A stretch of 24,000 bases of DNA. Origin: an uncultured Actinomycetota bacterium (GTDB taxonomy: Bacteria > Actinomycetota > Actinomycetes > Mycobacteriales > Geodermatophilaceae). Below the pieces are notes generated by a model. It made no database searches. It worked only from the letters and a program-made list of their open reading frames with translations, and was not told the origin of the DNA. The number at the start of each line of letters is the position of its first letter. The stretch's first letter is position 1. Location of the stretch: assembly GCA_963777095.1 (NCBI GenBank), contig CAVZOY010000004.1, positions 209,876 through 233,875 of the forward strand. The letters are read 5' to 3'. Positions 10,216 through 19,451 of the stretch are shown here, in pieces. The translations under genes and the position numbers were made by a program.

Positions 10216-11165
10216 CACGCCTCGTCGAGCAGCGCGGCGGCCAGCGACCGGTCGGTGACGAGCCCGTCCACCAGGCCGCTGCGGAGGGCCGCGCGGGCCG
10301 CCGGGACCTTGGCCGGCCCGTACGCCATCACCAGCACCCGGGGGATGGCGCGCATCTGGTCGGCGTCGATGCCGATCATCCGGTCGCTCAGCCCGCAGCT
10401 CACCGGCTCGCCGTCCTGGGTCAGGAAGACGCCGGAGAGCTCGGCGCACACGCCGTGCCGTGCGGCGCTGCGCCGGTCGTGATCGGCGGCGCTGTCGTAG
10501 AGCGTCGACTGCCCCGGCGCCCACCGGCCGAGTCCGACGACGGCCGTGGTGACCTTCGGTACCTGGGCGAACGTGTGCGCCACCTCGGGCTGCCGCCGCA
10601 GCGCCTGGGCCGTCGCCGGGTCGGGCACGGTGAACGGGGCGTAGAAGACGTACGCGGGCCCGCCCGCGGCCCGGGCGACGTCGCGCACGATGTCGATGGA
10701 GCTGCCGTCGGCGTCGGGCAGCGAGACCGCACCGGTGAGCTGGACGACCGGTACCTGGGGGAGCCGGGGGAGCGAGCGCGCCATCGCGCCCACCGATCGC
10801 GACCACGCCACGCCCAGGACGTCGTCCGGGCCGATGACCTCGGCGAGCAGTTCGGCGGCGACCTGCCCGAGGTGCGTGCGCACCGATCCGGTCTCGTCGT
10901 CGGCGGCGTCGACGACGACGGCGTGCCGCAACCCGTACCGCTCCTGGAGGCGGGCGGACAGGTCGACGTCGATCGGGCCGGGCTGGCCGATCTCGATGCG
11001 CACCAGGCCGCTCTCCCGCGCCGCCTCGAGCAGCCGGGCCACCTTGAAGCGGCTCAGGTCGAACTCCTCGGCGATCTCGAGCTTCGACCGCCCGTCCAGG
11101 TAGTACCGGCGGGCCACCGAGGCCGACAGCACGAGGGTCGCCGGACCGGCCGATCGGGTCGTCAT
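10215..11165 (-). CDS. SorC/DeoR-type sugar-binding transcriptional regulator
   Basis: MTTRSAGPATLVLSASVARRYYLDGRSKLEIAEEFDLSRFKVARLLEAARESGLVRIEIGQPGPIDVDLSARLQERYGLRHAVVVDA...GVAWSRSVGAMARSLPRLP...VFLTQDGEPVSCGLSDRMIGIDADQMRAIPRVLVMAYGPAKVPAARAALRSGLVDGLVTDRSLAAALL. Confidence 0.92.
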   Translation of the reverse strand: MTTRSAGPATLVLSASVARRYYLDGRSKLEIAEEFDLSRFKVARLLEAARESGLVRIEIGQPGPIDVDLSARLQERYGLRHAVVVDAADDETGSVRTHLGQVAAELLAEVIGPDDVLGVAWSRSVGAMARSLPRLPQVPVVQLTGAVSLPDADGSSIDIVRDVARAAGGPAYVFYAPFTVPDPATAQALRRQPEVAHTFAQVPKVTTAVVGLGRWAPGQSTLYDSAADHDRRSAARHGVCAELSGVFLTQDGEPVSCGLSDRMIGIDADQMRAIPRVLVMAYGPAKVPAARAALRSGLVDGLVTDRSLAAALLDEA

Positions 11166-11203
11166 CGCCACTCCCTGCTCATCTGAGCGCTCCGCGCCCA
11201 TTT

Positions 11204-11224
11204 CTGCACAGATGCCTTGTGCAG
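11204..11224. promoter_or_regulatory. Perfect inverted repeat in divergent regulator/PTS promoter region, candidate operator
   Basis: CTGCACA (11204-11210) - 7 nt - TGTGCAG (11218-11224). Confidence 0.45.
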
Positions 11225-11312
11225 GGCAGTGTGACTCACGACACTTCGGCCAGGCCAGAGGAGTCCGGGCGTGGTGTGCGTCCGGCCGGGTGCTTGTCGC
11301 AGGAGGAGCGAA

Positions 11313-12872
11313 GTGACCGTCCACGCCGAGGCGCCGGCCCGCAGTTCCGGTGCACGCATCGCCGTCCAGAAATTCGGCACGTTCCTCTCCGGAATGATCA
11401 TGCCGAACATCGCCGCCTTCATCGCCTGGGGCATCATCACGGCGCTGTTCATCGAGAAGGGCCCCTTCCCCGTCGGCGGGATCGGTGGCTTCGGGGTGGA
11501 CGACGCCGGCGAGCCGAACACCGGCCTGGTCGGGCCGATGATCCGGTTCATGCTTCCGCTGCTCATCGCGGTGCAGGGCGGCCGGATGGTCTACGGCGTG
11601 CGTGGCGCGGTGGTCGCCGCCGTCGCCACGATGGGCGTGATCGTCAGCACCGGCCAGCCCATGTTCCTCGGCGCGCTGATCATGGCGCCGCTGGCCGCCT
11701 GGGTGATGAAGCAGCTCGACAAGCTGTGGGACGGCAAGATCAAGCCCGGCTTCGAGATGCTGGTCAACAACTTCTCCGCCGGCATCGCTGCCGCCGCGCT
11801 CGCCGTCGTCGGCTTCTTCGCCTTCGGGCCGGTGATCGAGAAGGTGTCGCAGGGGCTGGGCAACGGGGTCGACTGGCTGGTCGACAACGGCCTGCTGCCA
11901 CTGGCCAGCCTCATCATCGAGCCGGCCAAGGTGCTCTTCCTGAACAACGCCATCAACCACGGCGTGCTGACCCCGCTGGGCGTCGAGCAGAGCGCGGAGC
12001 AGGGCTTCTCGATCCTGTTCCTGCTCGAGGCCAACCCCGGACCGGGCCTGGGCGTCCTGCTGGCGTACTCGATCTTCGGCACCGGCCTGGCCAAGGCCAC
12101 CGCTCCCGGCGCCATCGTGATCCACTTCTTCGGCGGCATCCACGAGATCTACTTCCCGTACGTGCTGGCCAAGCCGATCCTCCTGCTGGGCACGATCGCC
12201 GGCGGCATGGTGGGCATCGGCACGCTGGCGATCTTCGACGCCGGCCTGCGCGCGCCGGCGGCCCCGGGGTCGATCATCGCGGTGCTGGCGCAGACGCCGG
12301 GCGGGATGTTCGTCCCGGTCGGCCTCTCCGTCCTGCTGGCGGCCGCGACGTCGTTCGTCATCTGCTCCCTGCTCCTGCGGCTGAGCCGCAAGAAGGACAC
12401 CGACCTGGCCGCGGCGACCGCCGAGATGGAGGCCCGGAAGGGCAGCGCCAGCACGGCCGCCGGGCTGCTGACCGGCCGTCTCGACGAGGACAGCGAGACG
12501 AGGGCGTTCGAGGAGCGGGCGGAGGCGGCCGAGGAGGCGCACGAGGCCCGGTCCCGGCGGAAGCCCATCCACCGCATCGTCTTCGCCTGCGACGCCGGCA
12601 TGGGATCGAGCGCGATGGGTGCCTCGGTGCTCCGCAACAAGATCAAGAAGGCCGGGTTCGAGGACGTCGCGGTCACGAACCTCGCGATCGCGAACCTGAC
12701 CGACGACGTCGACCTGATCGTGACCCACCAGGACCTCACGCCGCGGGCGCAGAGCATGTCGCCGTCCGCGCAGCACGTGTCCGTCGACAACTTCATGAAC
12801 AGCCCGAAGTACGACGCGATCGTCGAGGAACTGAAGGTCACCAACGCCCACGGCGCGGCGTCGTCCAGCTGA
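11313..12872 (+). CDS. mtlA: PTS mannitol-type transporter, IICB component
   Basis: RBS AGGAGG then GTG 11313: MTVHAEAPARSSGARIAVQKFGTFLSGMIMPNIAAFIAWGIITALFIEKGPFPVGGIGG...GVLTPLGVEQSAEQGFSILFLLEANPGPGLGVLLAY...HFFGGIHEIYFPYVLAKP...HRIVFACDAGMGSSAMGASVLRNKIKKAGF (IIB active-site Cys). Confidence 0.94.
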   Translation: MTVHAEAPARSSGARIAVQKFGTFLSGMIMPNIAAFIAWGIITALFIEKGPFPVGGIGGFGVDDAGEPNTGLVGPMIRFMLPLLIAVQGGRMVYGVRGAVVAAVATMGVIVSTGQPMFLGALIMAPLAAWVMKQLDKLWDGKIKPGFEMLVNNFSAGIAAAALAVVGFFAFGPVIEKVSQGLGNGVDWLVDNGLLPLASLIIEPAKVLFLNNAINHGVLTPLGVEQSAEQGFSILFLLEANPGPGLGVLLAYSIFGTGLAKATAPGAIVIHFFGGIHEIYFPYVLAKPILLLGTIAGGMVGIGTLAIFDAGLRAPAAPGSIIAVLAQTPGGMFVPVGLSVLLAAATSFVICSLLLRLSRKKDTDLAAATAEMEARKGSASTAAGLLTGRLDEDSETRAFEERAEAAEEAHEARSRRKPIHRIVFACDAGMGSSAMGASVLRNKIKKAGFEDVAVTNLAIANLTDDVDLIVTHQDLTPRAQSMSPSAQHVSVDNFMNSPKYDAIVEELKVTNAHGAASSS

Positions 12873-12902
12873 GCCGGCGGGCGACGAGCGAGGAGGGCGG
12901 CA

Positions 12903-13343
12903 GTGCCGACCGACGACATCCTGACCCTGTCCCAGATCAAGGTGCCGGGGCAGGCGGCGAGCAAGGACGACGCGATCCGCGAGGCCGGCGGGCTGCTGGT
13001 GGACGCCGGCGCGGTGACGCCCGCCTACGTCGACGCGATGTTCGAGCGGGAGAAGTCCGTGTCCACGTACATGGGCAACTACCTCGCGATCCCGCACGGC
13101 ACCCTGGACGCCACCGGTGAGATCCGGCGCTCCGGGCTGTCGGTCGTGCGGTACGACCGGCCGATCGACTGGGACGGCAACGAGGTCCGGTTCGCCGTCG
13201 GGGTCGCCGGGGCGGACGGCGGCCACCTGGAGATCCTCGGCAAGATCGCGATCATCTTCTCGGACGCCGACGAGGTCGAGAAGCTCCTGGCAGCGGGATC
13301 GGCCGAGGAACTCCACCAGCTGCTGCACGCGGTCAACGACTGA
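12903..13343 (+). CDS. mtlF: PTS mannitol-type IIA component
   Basis: DDILTLSQIKVPGQAASKDDAIREAGGLLVDAGAVTPAYVDAMFEREKSVSTYMGNYLAIPHGT (active-site His)...VRFAVGVAGADGGHLEILGKIAIIFSD. Confidence 0.92.
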   Translation: MPTDDILTLSQIKVPGQAASKDDAIREAGGLLVDAGAVTPAYVDAMFEREKSVSTYMGNYLAIPHGTLDATGEIRRSGLSVVRYDRPIDWDGNEVRFAVGVAGADGGHLEILGKIAIIFSDADEVEKLLAAGSAEELHQLLHAVND

Positions 13344-13367
13344 GCACCACCGGAAGAGGGGACCGAC

Positions 13368-14408
13368 ATGAAGGCGCTGCGCTTCTACGCGCCCGAGGAC
13401 GTGCGGCTCGAGGACGTGCCCGAACCGGAGTGCGGTCCGGACGAGGTCAAGCTGCGCGTGCGCAACTGCTCGACGTGCGGCACCGACGTCAAGATCCTGC
13501 ACAACGGGCACCAGAACCTCAGCCCGCCGCGGACGATGGGCCACGAGGTCGCCGGTGAGGTCGTCGAGGTCGGCCGCAACGTCAGCGGCTGGGCGGAGGG
13601 CGACCGGGCGCAGGTCATCGCCGCCGTGCCCGACGGGACCTGCTACGAGTGCCGCAAGGGCTGGATGGCGGTCTGCGAGAACCAGACCTCGATCGGCTAC
13701 CAGTACGACGGCGGCTTCGCCGAGTACATGATCGTTCCGCGCCAGGTCCTGGCCGTCGACGGGCTCAACCGGATCCCCGACAACATCGGCTTCGACGAGG
13801 CGTCGGTCGCCGAGCCGTTCGCCTGCGCGATCAACGCGCAGGAGCTCGTGCACGTGGGCGACGGCGACACGGTCGTCGTCTTCGGTGCCGGGCCCATCGG
13901 CTGCCTGCACACCCGCCTGGCCCGGGCCAACGGGGCGAGCCGGGTCTTCCTCGTCGACGTGCTGGCCGACCGCCTGGCCATGTCCGCCGACGCGGTCAAG
14001 CCCGACGAGGTCATCAACGCGCGCGAGGTGGACGTCGTCCAGCACGTCAAGGACCTCACCGACGGCCGCGGGCCGGACGTGGTGATCACGGCGACCGCCG
14101 CCAACGTCACGCAGGAGCAGGCGATCCAGATGGCCGCCCGCCGAGGGCGCGTCTCCTTCTTCGGTGGCCTGCCCAAGACGAACCCGTACATCCAGTGCGA
14201 CTCGAACCTGGTGCACTACCGCGAGCTGATGCTCATGGGTGCCAACGGCTCGGCCCCGTCGCACAACAAGCGGGCGCTGGAGTACATCTCCAGCGGGCAG
14301 GTGCCGGTCAAGGACCTGATCACCGTGCACCTGCCGCTGGAGCGGGCGATGGAGGCCTTCGACATCGTGGCCAAGGGCGAGGCCATCAAGGTGACGATCG
14401 AGCCGTGA
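13368..14408 (+). CDS. Zinc-dependent MDR-family dehydrogenase (polyol/alcohol dehydrogenase-like)
   Basis: MKALRFYAPEDVRLEDVPEPECGPDEVKLRVRNCSTCGTDVKILHNGHQNLSPPRTMGHEVAGEVVEVG...VVVFGAGPIGCLHTRLARANGASRVFLVD (GHE zinc motif; Rossmann GAGPIG). Confidence 0.93.
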   Translation: MKALRFYAPEDVRLEDVPEPECGPDEVKLRVRNCSTCGTDVKILHNGHQNLSPPRTMGHEVAGEVVEVGRNVSGWAEGDRAQVIAAVPDGTCYECRKGWMAVCENQTSIGYQYDGGFAEYMIVPRQVLAVDGLNRIPDNIGFDEASVAEPFACAINAQELVHVGDGDTVVVFGAGPIGCLHTRLARANGASRVFLVDVLADRLAMSADAVKPDEVINAREVDVVQHVKDLTDGRGPDVVITATAANVTQEQAIQMAARRGRVSFFGGLPKTNPYIQCDSNLVHYRELMLMGANGSAPSHNKRALEYISSGQVPVKDLITVHLPLERAMEAFDIVAKGEAIKVTIEP

Positions 14409-14437
14409 CGGGTCGCGGCAGCCGGTAACCGACGCGG

Positions 14438-15247
14438 TCAGGCGAGTGCCGGCGCGATGGCGCACTCGGCGACGAAGGCGGCGACCACCTCGTGGACCGC
14501 CTCGCGGTCGTGCTCGTTGAGGACGTCGTGCAGATCGCCCGGGAACGTGACCAGGCGGGCGCCCGGCAGCATGCCGGCGGCCGTCCGTGCGTCGGCCACC
14601 TGGACCACCTGGTCGTCCTCGCCGTGGACGAACAGGACGGGCAGCTCGGGCAGACCCTCGGCCAGGCCGGTGGCGGCCTCCGGCCACACCTGCGTGATGG
14701 CCAGCAGGGACTCGCGACGGAAGCCGCCGTGCCAGGTCAGCGGGTCGTGCAACAGCGCGTGCACGTACTCGGGACGCGTGCTGAACAGCTCGCTCGGGTC
14801 GGCGTCGGGCTCCGCCGCGCCGTCGGAGGCCAGCGCCGCCTCGATCCACTCCTGCCGGCGGAGCGGCGCCCCCGAGAGCACGAGGGCGTCGGCGATCCCG
14901 GGGGAGCGGAGCGCGAGCAGGTAGGCGGCCAGGCCGCCCCCGGAGTGGCCGACGACGACCACCGGCCGGCCGGGGTGCCGGTCGGTGGCGATGGTGGCCA
15001 GCTGCCGCGCGTCGTCGACGTAGGCGTTCCAGTCGAGGACGGCGCGCTCCCCGTCGCTGCGCCCGTGGCCCATGGCGTCCATGGCGTGCACCGCGCTGCC
15101 GTCGGCGGTGAGCCGCCGGGCGAGCGCGTCGTACAGGCCGAGGTATTCGCCGTAGCCGTGCAGCAGGACGACGACGCGCTCGACGTCCCCGTCCGGAAGC
15201 CACGCATCGTGGAAGACCCGGCCGCTGGAGCCGATGAAGAAGGCCAT
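14438..15247 (-). CDS. Alpha/beta hydrolase (monoacylglycerol lipase/lysophospholipase-like)
   Basis: MAFFIGSSGRVFHDAWLPDGDVERVVVLLHGYGEYLGLYDALARRLTADGSAVHAMDAMGHGRSDGERA...VVVGHSGGGLAAYLLALR...PVLFVHGEDDQVV...LHDVLNEHDR; GHSGG nucleophile elbow plus Asp and His. Confidence 0.93.
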   Translation of the reverse strand: MAFFIGSSGRVFHDAWLPDGDVERVVVLLHGYGEYLGLYDALARRLTADGSAVHAMDAMGHGRSDGERAVLDWNAYVDDARQLATIATDRHPGRPVVVVGHSGGGLAAYLLALRSPGIADALVLSGAPLRRQEWIEAALASDGAAEPDADPSELFSTRPEYVHALLHDPLTWHGGFRRESLLAITQVWPEAATGLAEGLPELPVLFVHGEDDQVVQVADARTAAGMLPGARLVTFPGDLHDVLNEHDREAVHEVVAAFVAECAIAPALA

Positions 15248-15403
15248 CGGAGTTCCTCTCTCGCTCGGTGCGACCACGGAGCGGCCGCTGCGTCGACCGT
15301 GGGCTCCCGACCTGTCGGCCGGCTGTCGTGGCCGTGCCGCTGACGGGGTTGCGCCGTCGGAAGTCGTGGAAGACTGCCCGGACCTACGTCGAGGTGGCCG
15401 GCG

Positions 15404-18314
15404 ATGCTGTTCCGCGTTCTCGGTCCGCTCGAGGTCGAGGTGGGGGCCGAGCGGATCACGATCCCGGGGGAGCGGTCCCGCGCGCTCCTCGTGGCTCTCC
15501 TCCTCCAGCCGCACGGCGCGGTTCCGTCTGCTCGCCTGGTCGACCTGCTCTGGCCGGACCGCCCGCCGGAGGACCCGGCCAATGCGCTGCACCAGGTGGT
15601 GCGCCGCCTGCGCGGCTCCCTCGGTGCGCTGGGGTCGCTGGTCCGCAGCCGGGCGCCCGGGTACCAGCTCGCGATCGACCCGTCGGACGTCGACGCGGAG
15701 CGGTTCGAGGCCGCCTGCCGCGAGGCGCGGCGGCTCGGGCCTGCCGATCCGTCCGCGGCCGTGCGCCTGTTCGACGACGCCCTGGCCCTCTGGCGGGGGC
15801 CGGCGTACGAGGAGTTCGCCGACGGGTTCGCGCGCTCCGCGTCCGCACGTCTCGACGAGCTGCGGACGTCGGCGTACGAGGAGCGGGCGACCCGGCTGCT
15901 CGACGCCGGCGCCGTGGCCGACGCGGTCGTCGCGGCCCGGGATCTCGTCGCGCGCGAGCCGCTGCGCTCGCGGCCGGTCGACGTCCTCATGCGCGCGCTG
16001 GCCACCGACGGTCGGCCCGCCGAGGCGCTCGAGGCCTACCACCGGCACCGCCGGCTCCTGGCCGACGAGCTGGGGATGGATCCGGCGCCGGCCCTGAGCG
16101 AGCTCGCGACGCGCATCCTCCGCGGTGAGCCGGGCCCGGCGCCGCGGACCCCGCAGGTCGCGGTCGCGGAGCCGGCAGCCGTGTCGGCGCGGGCGCTGCC
16201 CTGGCGACCCGACGTCCTGCTCGGCCGCGAGGACGATCTCGCGCTGGTGCGCGCCTGCCTCGGCACGCAGCGGCTGGTGACCGTCGTCGGGCCCGGCGGG
16301 GTGGGGAAGACCCGGCTCGCGCTGGAGGTCGCCCACGAGCTGTCGGCCGACGGCGGACGGGTGTGGTGGGCCGACCTCTCCACGGCCACCGACGAGCGGG
16401 TGGCCGACGCCGTCGCCGCTGCGCTGGGCACCGACATCCCCCGCGGCGACGACCCGGCCGGCGCGCTCGCCGCGGCGGTCGGCGGCTTCCGCGGCGTCCT
16501 CTGCCTGGACAACGCGGAGACGGTGCTCGCGCCGCTGGCCCCGCTCGTCGAGCGGCTGCTCGCGTCGGCGCCCGGGCTGACCCTGCTGGCCACCAGCCGG
16601 GAGCGGCTCGACGTGGCTCGCGAGCACGTCCACGTCCTCGCGCCGCTGCCGCTGCCGTCAGGTGCCGACCGGGGCAACCCCGCCGTCCGGTTGTTCGTCG
16701 ACCGGGCTCCCGGGTTGGAGGCCGACCGGCTCTCGGACGACGACGTCGAGGTCGTGGCCGCGACCTGCCGCCGGCTCGACGGGCTCCCGCTCGCCATCGA
16801 GATCGGTGCCGCGCGTGCCCCGGCGTTGGGGTTGCGCGAGTTCGCCGACCGGCTCGGCCAGGGTCTCGGCCTGCTCACCGGCGGACGCCGCACGGCCGCG
16901 CAACGGCACCGATCGGTGCGGGCGGTCGTGGACTGGTCGTTCGGACTGCTCACCGACGACGAGGCCCGGCTGTTCCTCCGCCTGGGCGTCTTCCCGAGCT
17001 CGTTCACCCTCGACCAGGCCGAGGCGGTGTGCGCCGACGAGCGGCTCCCCGCAGCCGAGATCGCCGGCCTCCTCGGCCGGCTGGTCGACCAGTCGCTGGT
17101 CCAGGCCGGACAGGGCCGGTTCTGGCTGCTGGAGACCCTGCGGGCCTACGTCCGCGAGCGGTCCGACCCCGCAGAGCGGGACGCGCTCGCCGGTCGGCAC
17201 GCGCGGGACGCCGCTGCGCGGTTGGCGGCCCTGAGCCCGCGGCTGTCCGGTCCCGACGAAGCCGCCGCGGTCGCGGCGATCGCGGCACTCGGCCCCGACC
17301 TGCGGGTGGCGTGGTCCTACGCGAGCCGGCACGACCGTCCGCTCGCCGTCGAGCTGGCCGCCGACGTCATGGATTACGCCTACACCCGCCAGCGCCTCGA
17401 TCTGCTCGAATGGGGCCTGACCGTGGCGGGCTGGGACATCGAGCATCCCCGGCTGCCCGACGCGTACGCGGCCGCGGCGGCCGCCTCGTGGGCAGTGGGC
17501 CGCATCTCGGAGGCCGGTGAGCTCGCCCGGCGCGGAGTCGCGCTGGCCGGGGGGTTCGACGCGCCGTCGGCCGCCCGTGCCGTCGACCAGTGCGCGTGCG
17601 AGGCGATGTTCCGCACCCGCAGCAGCGAGGCGGTCGAGCTGTTCCGGACGGCCGCGCGGCTGCACCGGGCCGCGGGGAACGGACATGCTGGGGATCGAGG
17701 GCGACATCTCCGCATACCAGGCACTGACCTACGGGGGCGGCGCCGCCGAGGCGGCCGCGGCGGTGCCCGCGCTGCTGCACCGCGCGCGGGAGACGGGAAA
17801 TCCGAGCGTCCAGTCATGGGCGTACTACGTGCTCGGCGAGGCGTACGCCAAGCTCGACCCGCCGCGGGCCATCGCGGCGTACACCGCGTGCGTCGAACTC
17901 GGGTCGGTGGCCGACAACAGGCTCTACGTCATGCTCGGCCGCAGCTCCGCCGTGGCGCTGTTCGCCGCGCACGAGGCGCCCCAGGACGCAATCGCGGAGT
18001 TCGAGACGGTGCTCGGCGACTGGGAGGACATCGGCAACGAGCTGTCCCAGTGGTGGGTGCTCCAGAACCTGGTGATCTTCCTGGCACGGACCGGCGCATG
18101 GGCGGACGCCGCGCTGCTTGCCGGGGCGGTGCTCGCCAACATCGACCGCGCCCCCACCTTCGTCCGCGAGGACGACGGGCTCCGGCGGGCGGTCGACGAA
18201 CTCGAGCGGGCACTGGGTTCGGCCGACGCCGGAGCGTTGCTCAGCGAAGGCGGCGGGATGGCCATCGCGACCGCCGCCGCGCACGCCCGGGCGGCCATCC
18301 GTCGCGCTGCCTGA
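15404..18314 (+). CDS. SARP/AfsR-like regulator: winged helix + BTAD + NB-ARC-like ATPase + TPR region, with an apparent frameshift near 17680
   Basis: MLFRVLGPLEVEVGAERITIPGERSRALLVALLLQPHGAVPSARLVDLLWPDRPPEDPANALHQVVRRLR... BTAD...; Walker A VVGPGGVGKTRLA; frame 2 until ~17680 then frame 3 MLGIEGDISAYQALTYGGGAAEAAAAVPALLHRARETG...HARAAIRRAA*. Confidence 0.9.
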
Positions 18315-18547
18315 AGCCGGGTCAGGATGAGCACCGCCGCCGGTCCGTTGACGAACGCGGGGATCCCGCTCGCGAGGTGACCGGTGGCGAGCGCCCAGCT
18401 CAGCCACACCGCGGCGTTGCCGAGCGTGAGCCAGTAGGTGCCCGCGGACAGCCCCTGCACCTCTTTCGTGCGCAGCACCCGGACCGCCTGGGGCAGGCCG
18501 AGCATCGTCGACAGCGCCGCGCCGGTCCAGGCGAGGACGTCGGTCAT
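18295..18547 (-). CDS. PQ-loop/SemiSWEET-like small membrane protein (the open frame continues antisense of the SARP gene to 17924)
   Basis: ATG at 18547: MTDVLAWTGAALSTMLGLPQAVRVLRTKEVQGLSAGTYWLTLGNAAVWLSWALATGHLASGIPAFVNGPAAVLILTRLQAARR; PQ motif and three TM segments. The real stop codon is unclear. Confidence 0.7.
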
Positions 18548-18740
18548 CGCGGGTCTCCTCGTGTGCCCGGTCGAGCGGCCCCGGGACTGGCCTGCGACGA
18601 CCGTGGACCGACGACCTGACATCCGGCTGTCGCGCGGGAGCCGCCCGGCCCTCGCCTCCTGTCGTCGGGCCGACCTTCCGCGAGGCTCGGCAGGCCGCGC
18701 GCGGCAGCCGCGGGCATGATCGGCCCGGAAGGAGGTCCGG

Positions 18741-19442
18741 ATGACGGTCGTGCTCGCGTTGAAGTGCGCCGACGGCATCGTGCTGGCCGCGGACTCCCAG
18801 ATCACGGACGCCGCCCGCGGGTTGAGCTACCCCGCCCAGAAGCTGCACCCCTTCGGCGGGACCGCGGCGTGGGGCGGGAGCGGGGCGCGCGCCGTGCTGC
18901 TCGAGCTCGAGCACGACTTCGACCGGGGTGCCGCCGCGGTGCTGGGCGCCGACGACGTGGGCCGCGAGCTCCAGGAGCGCGTCGTCCCCCTCCTGCGCCA
19001 TCACTACGGCAACTTCATCGAGACCGTGCCGGGCGAGAAGCAGTCCGGCGCGACGCCGGCCACGTACGTCCTGGTCGCGGGCTACGCACGGGGCGAGCCG
19101 TTCATCGTCGACATCGACCCGCACGGGCTCATCGGACGGTACGAGGACGTGGGGTTCCATGCCGTCGGCAGCGGCTCTGCCATGGCCCAGCAGGCCGGGG
19201 CGCTGCTCGCCCACTTCCGGATGCCCGAGCGGGACGTCGACCACGGCGTGCTGGTCGCGGTGCGCGTCCTCGACGCGCTGCGGATCACCTCACCCAGCGT
19301 CGGTGGCCCGGTCGACGTCTACCGGCTGACGGCCGACGGGGCGTACGGCCTCTCGGACGAGGACGTCGAGCGGGTGCGGGAGCGCGTGCGGCAGTGGGCC
19401 GAGCTCGAGAACGAGGTGCTGGACCGCCTGCCGCGCTCGTGA
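18741..19442 (+). CDS. Proteasome-superfamily Ntn-hydrolase (stand-alone beta-subunit-like peptidase)
   Basis: MTVVLALKCADGIVLAADSQITDAARGLSYPAQKLHPFGGTAAWGGSGARAV...; after Met removal T1, D17 and K33 fall exactly at proteasome/HslV catalytic positions. Confidence 0.85.
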   Translation: MTVVLALKCADGIVLAADSQITDAARGLSYPAQKLHPFGGTAAWGGSGARAVLLELEHDFDRGAAAVLGADDVGRELQERVVPLLRHHYGNFIETVPGEKQSGATPATYVLVAGYARGEPFIVDIDPHGLIGRYEDVGFHAVGSGSAMAQQAGALLAHFRMPERDVDHGVLVAVRVLDALRITSPSVGGPVDVYRLTADGAYGLSDEDVERVRERVRQWAELENEVLDRLPRS

Positions 19443-19451
19443 TCCGGTCGG

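Noticed and set aside
11219-13120. 633-aa plus-strand ORF over the PTS gene
   Set aside because: Out-of-frame shadow of the IICB gene with Arg/Gly-rich translation and no domain-like sequence.
10215-15203. 1662-aa ORF on the minus strand
   Set aside because: Only the last third (SorC regulator, start 11165) is protein-like; the upstream part is antisense to PTS and dehydrogenase genes and is a high-GC shadow ORF.
14438-16633. 731-aa ORF on the minus strand
   Set aside because: Hydrolase begins at the ATG at 15247; the rest is antisense to the SARP gene.
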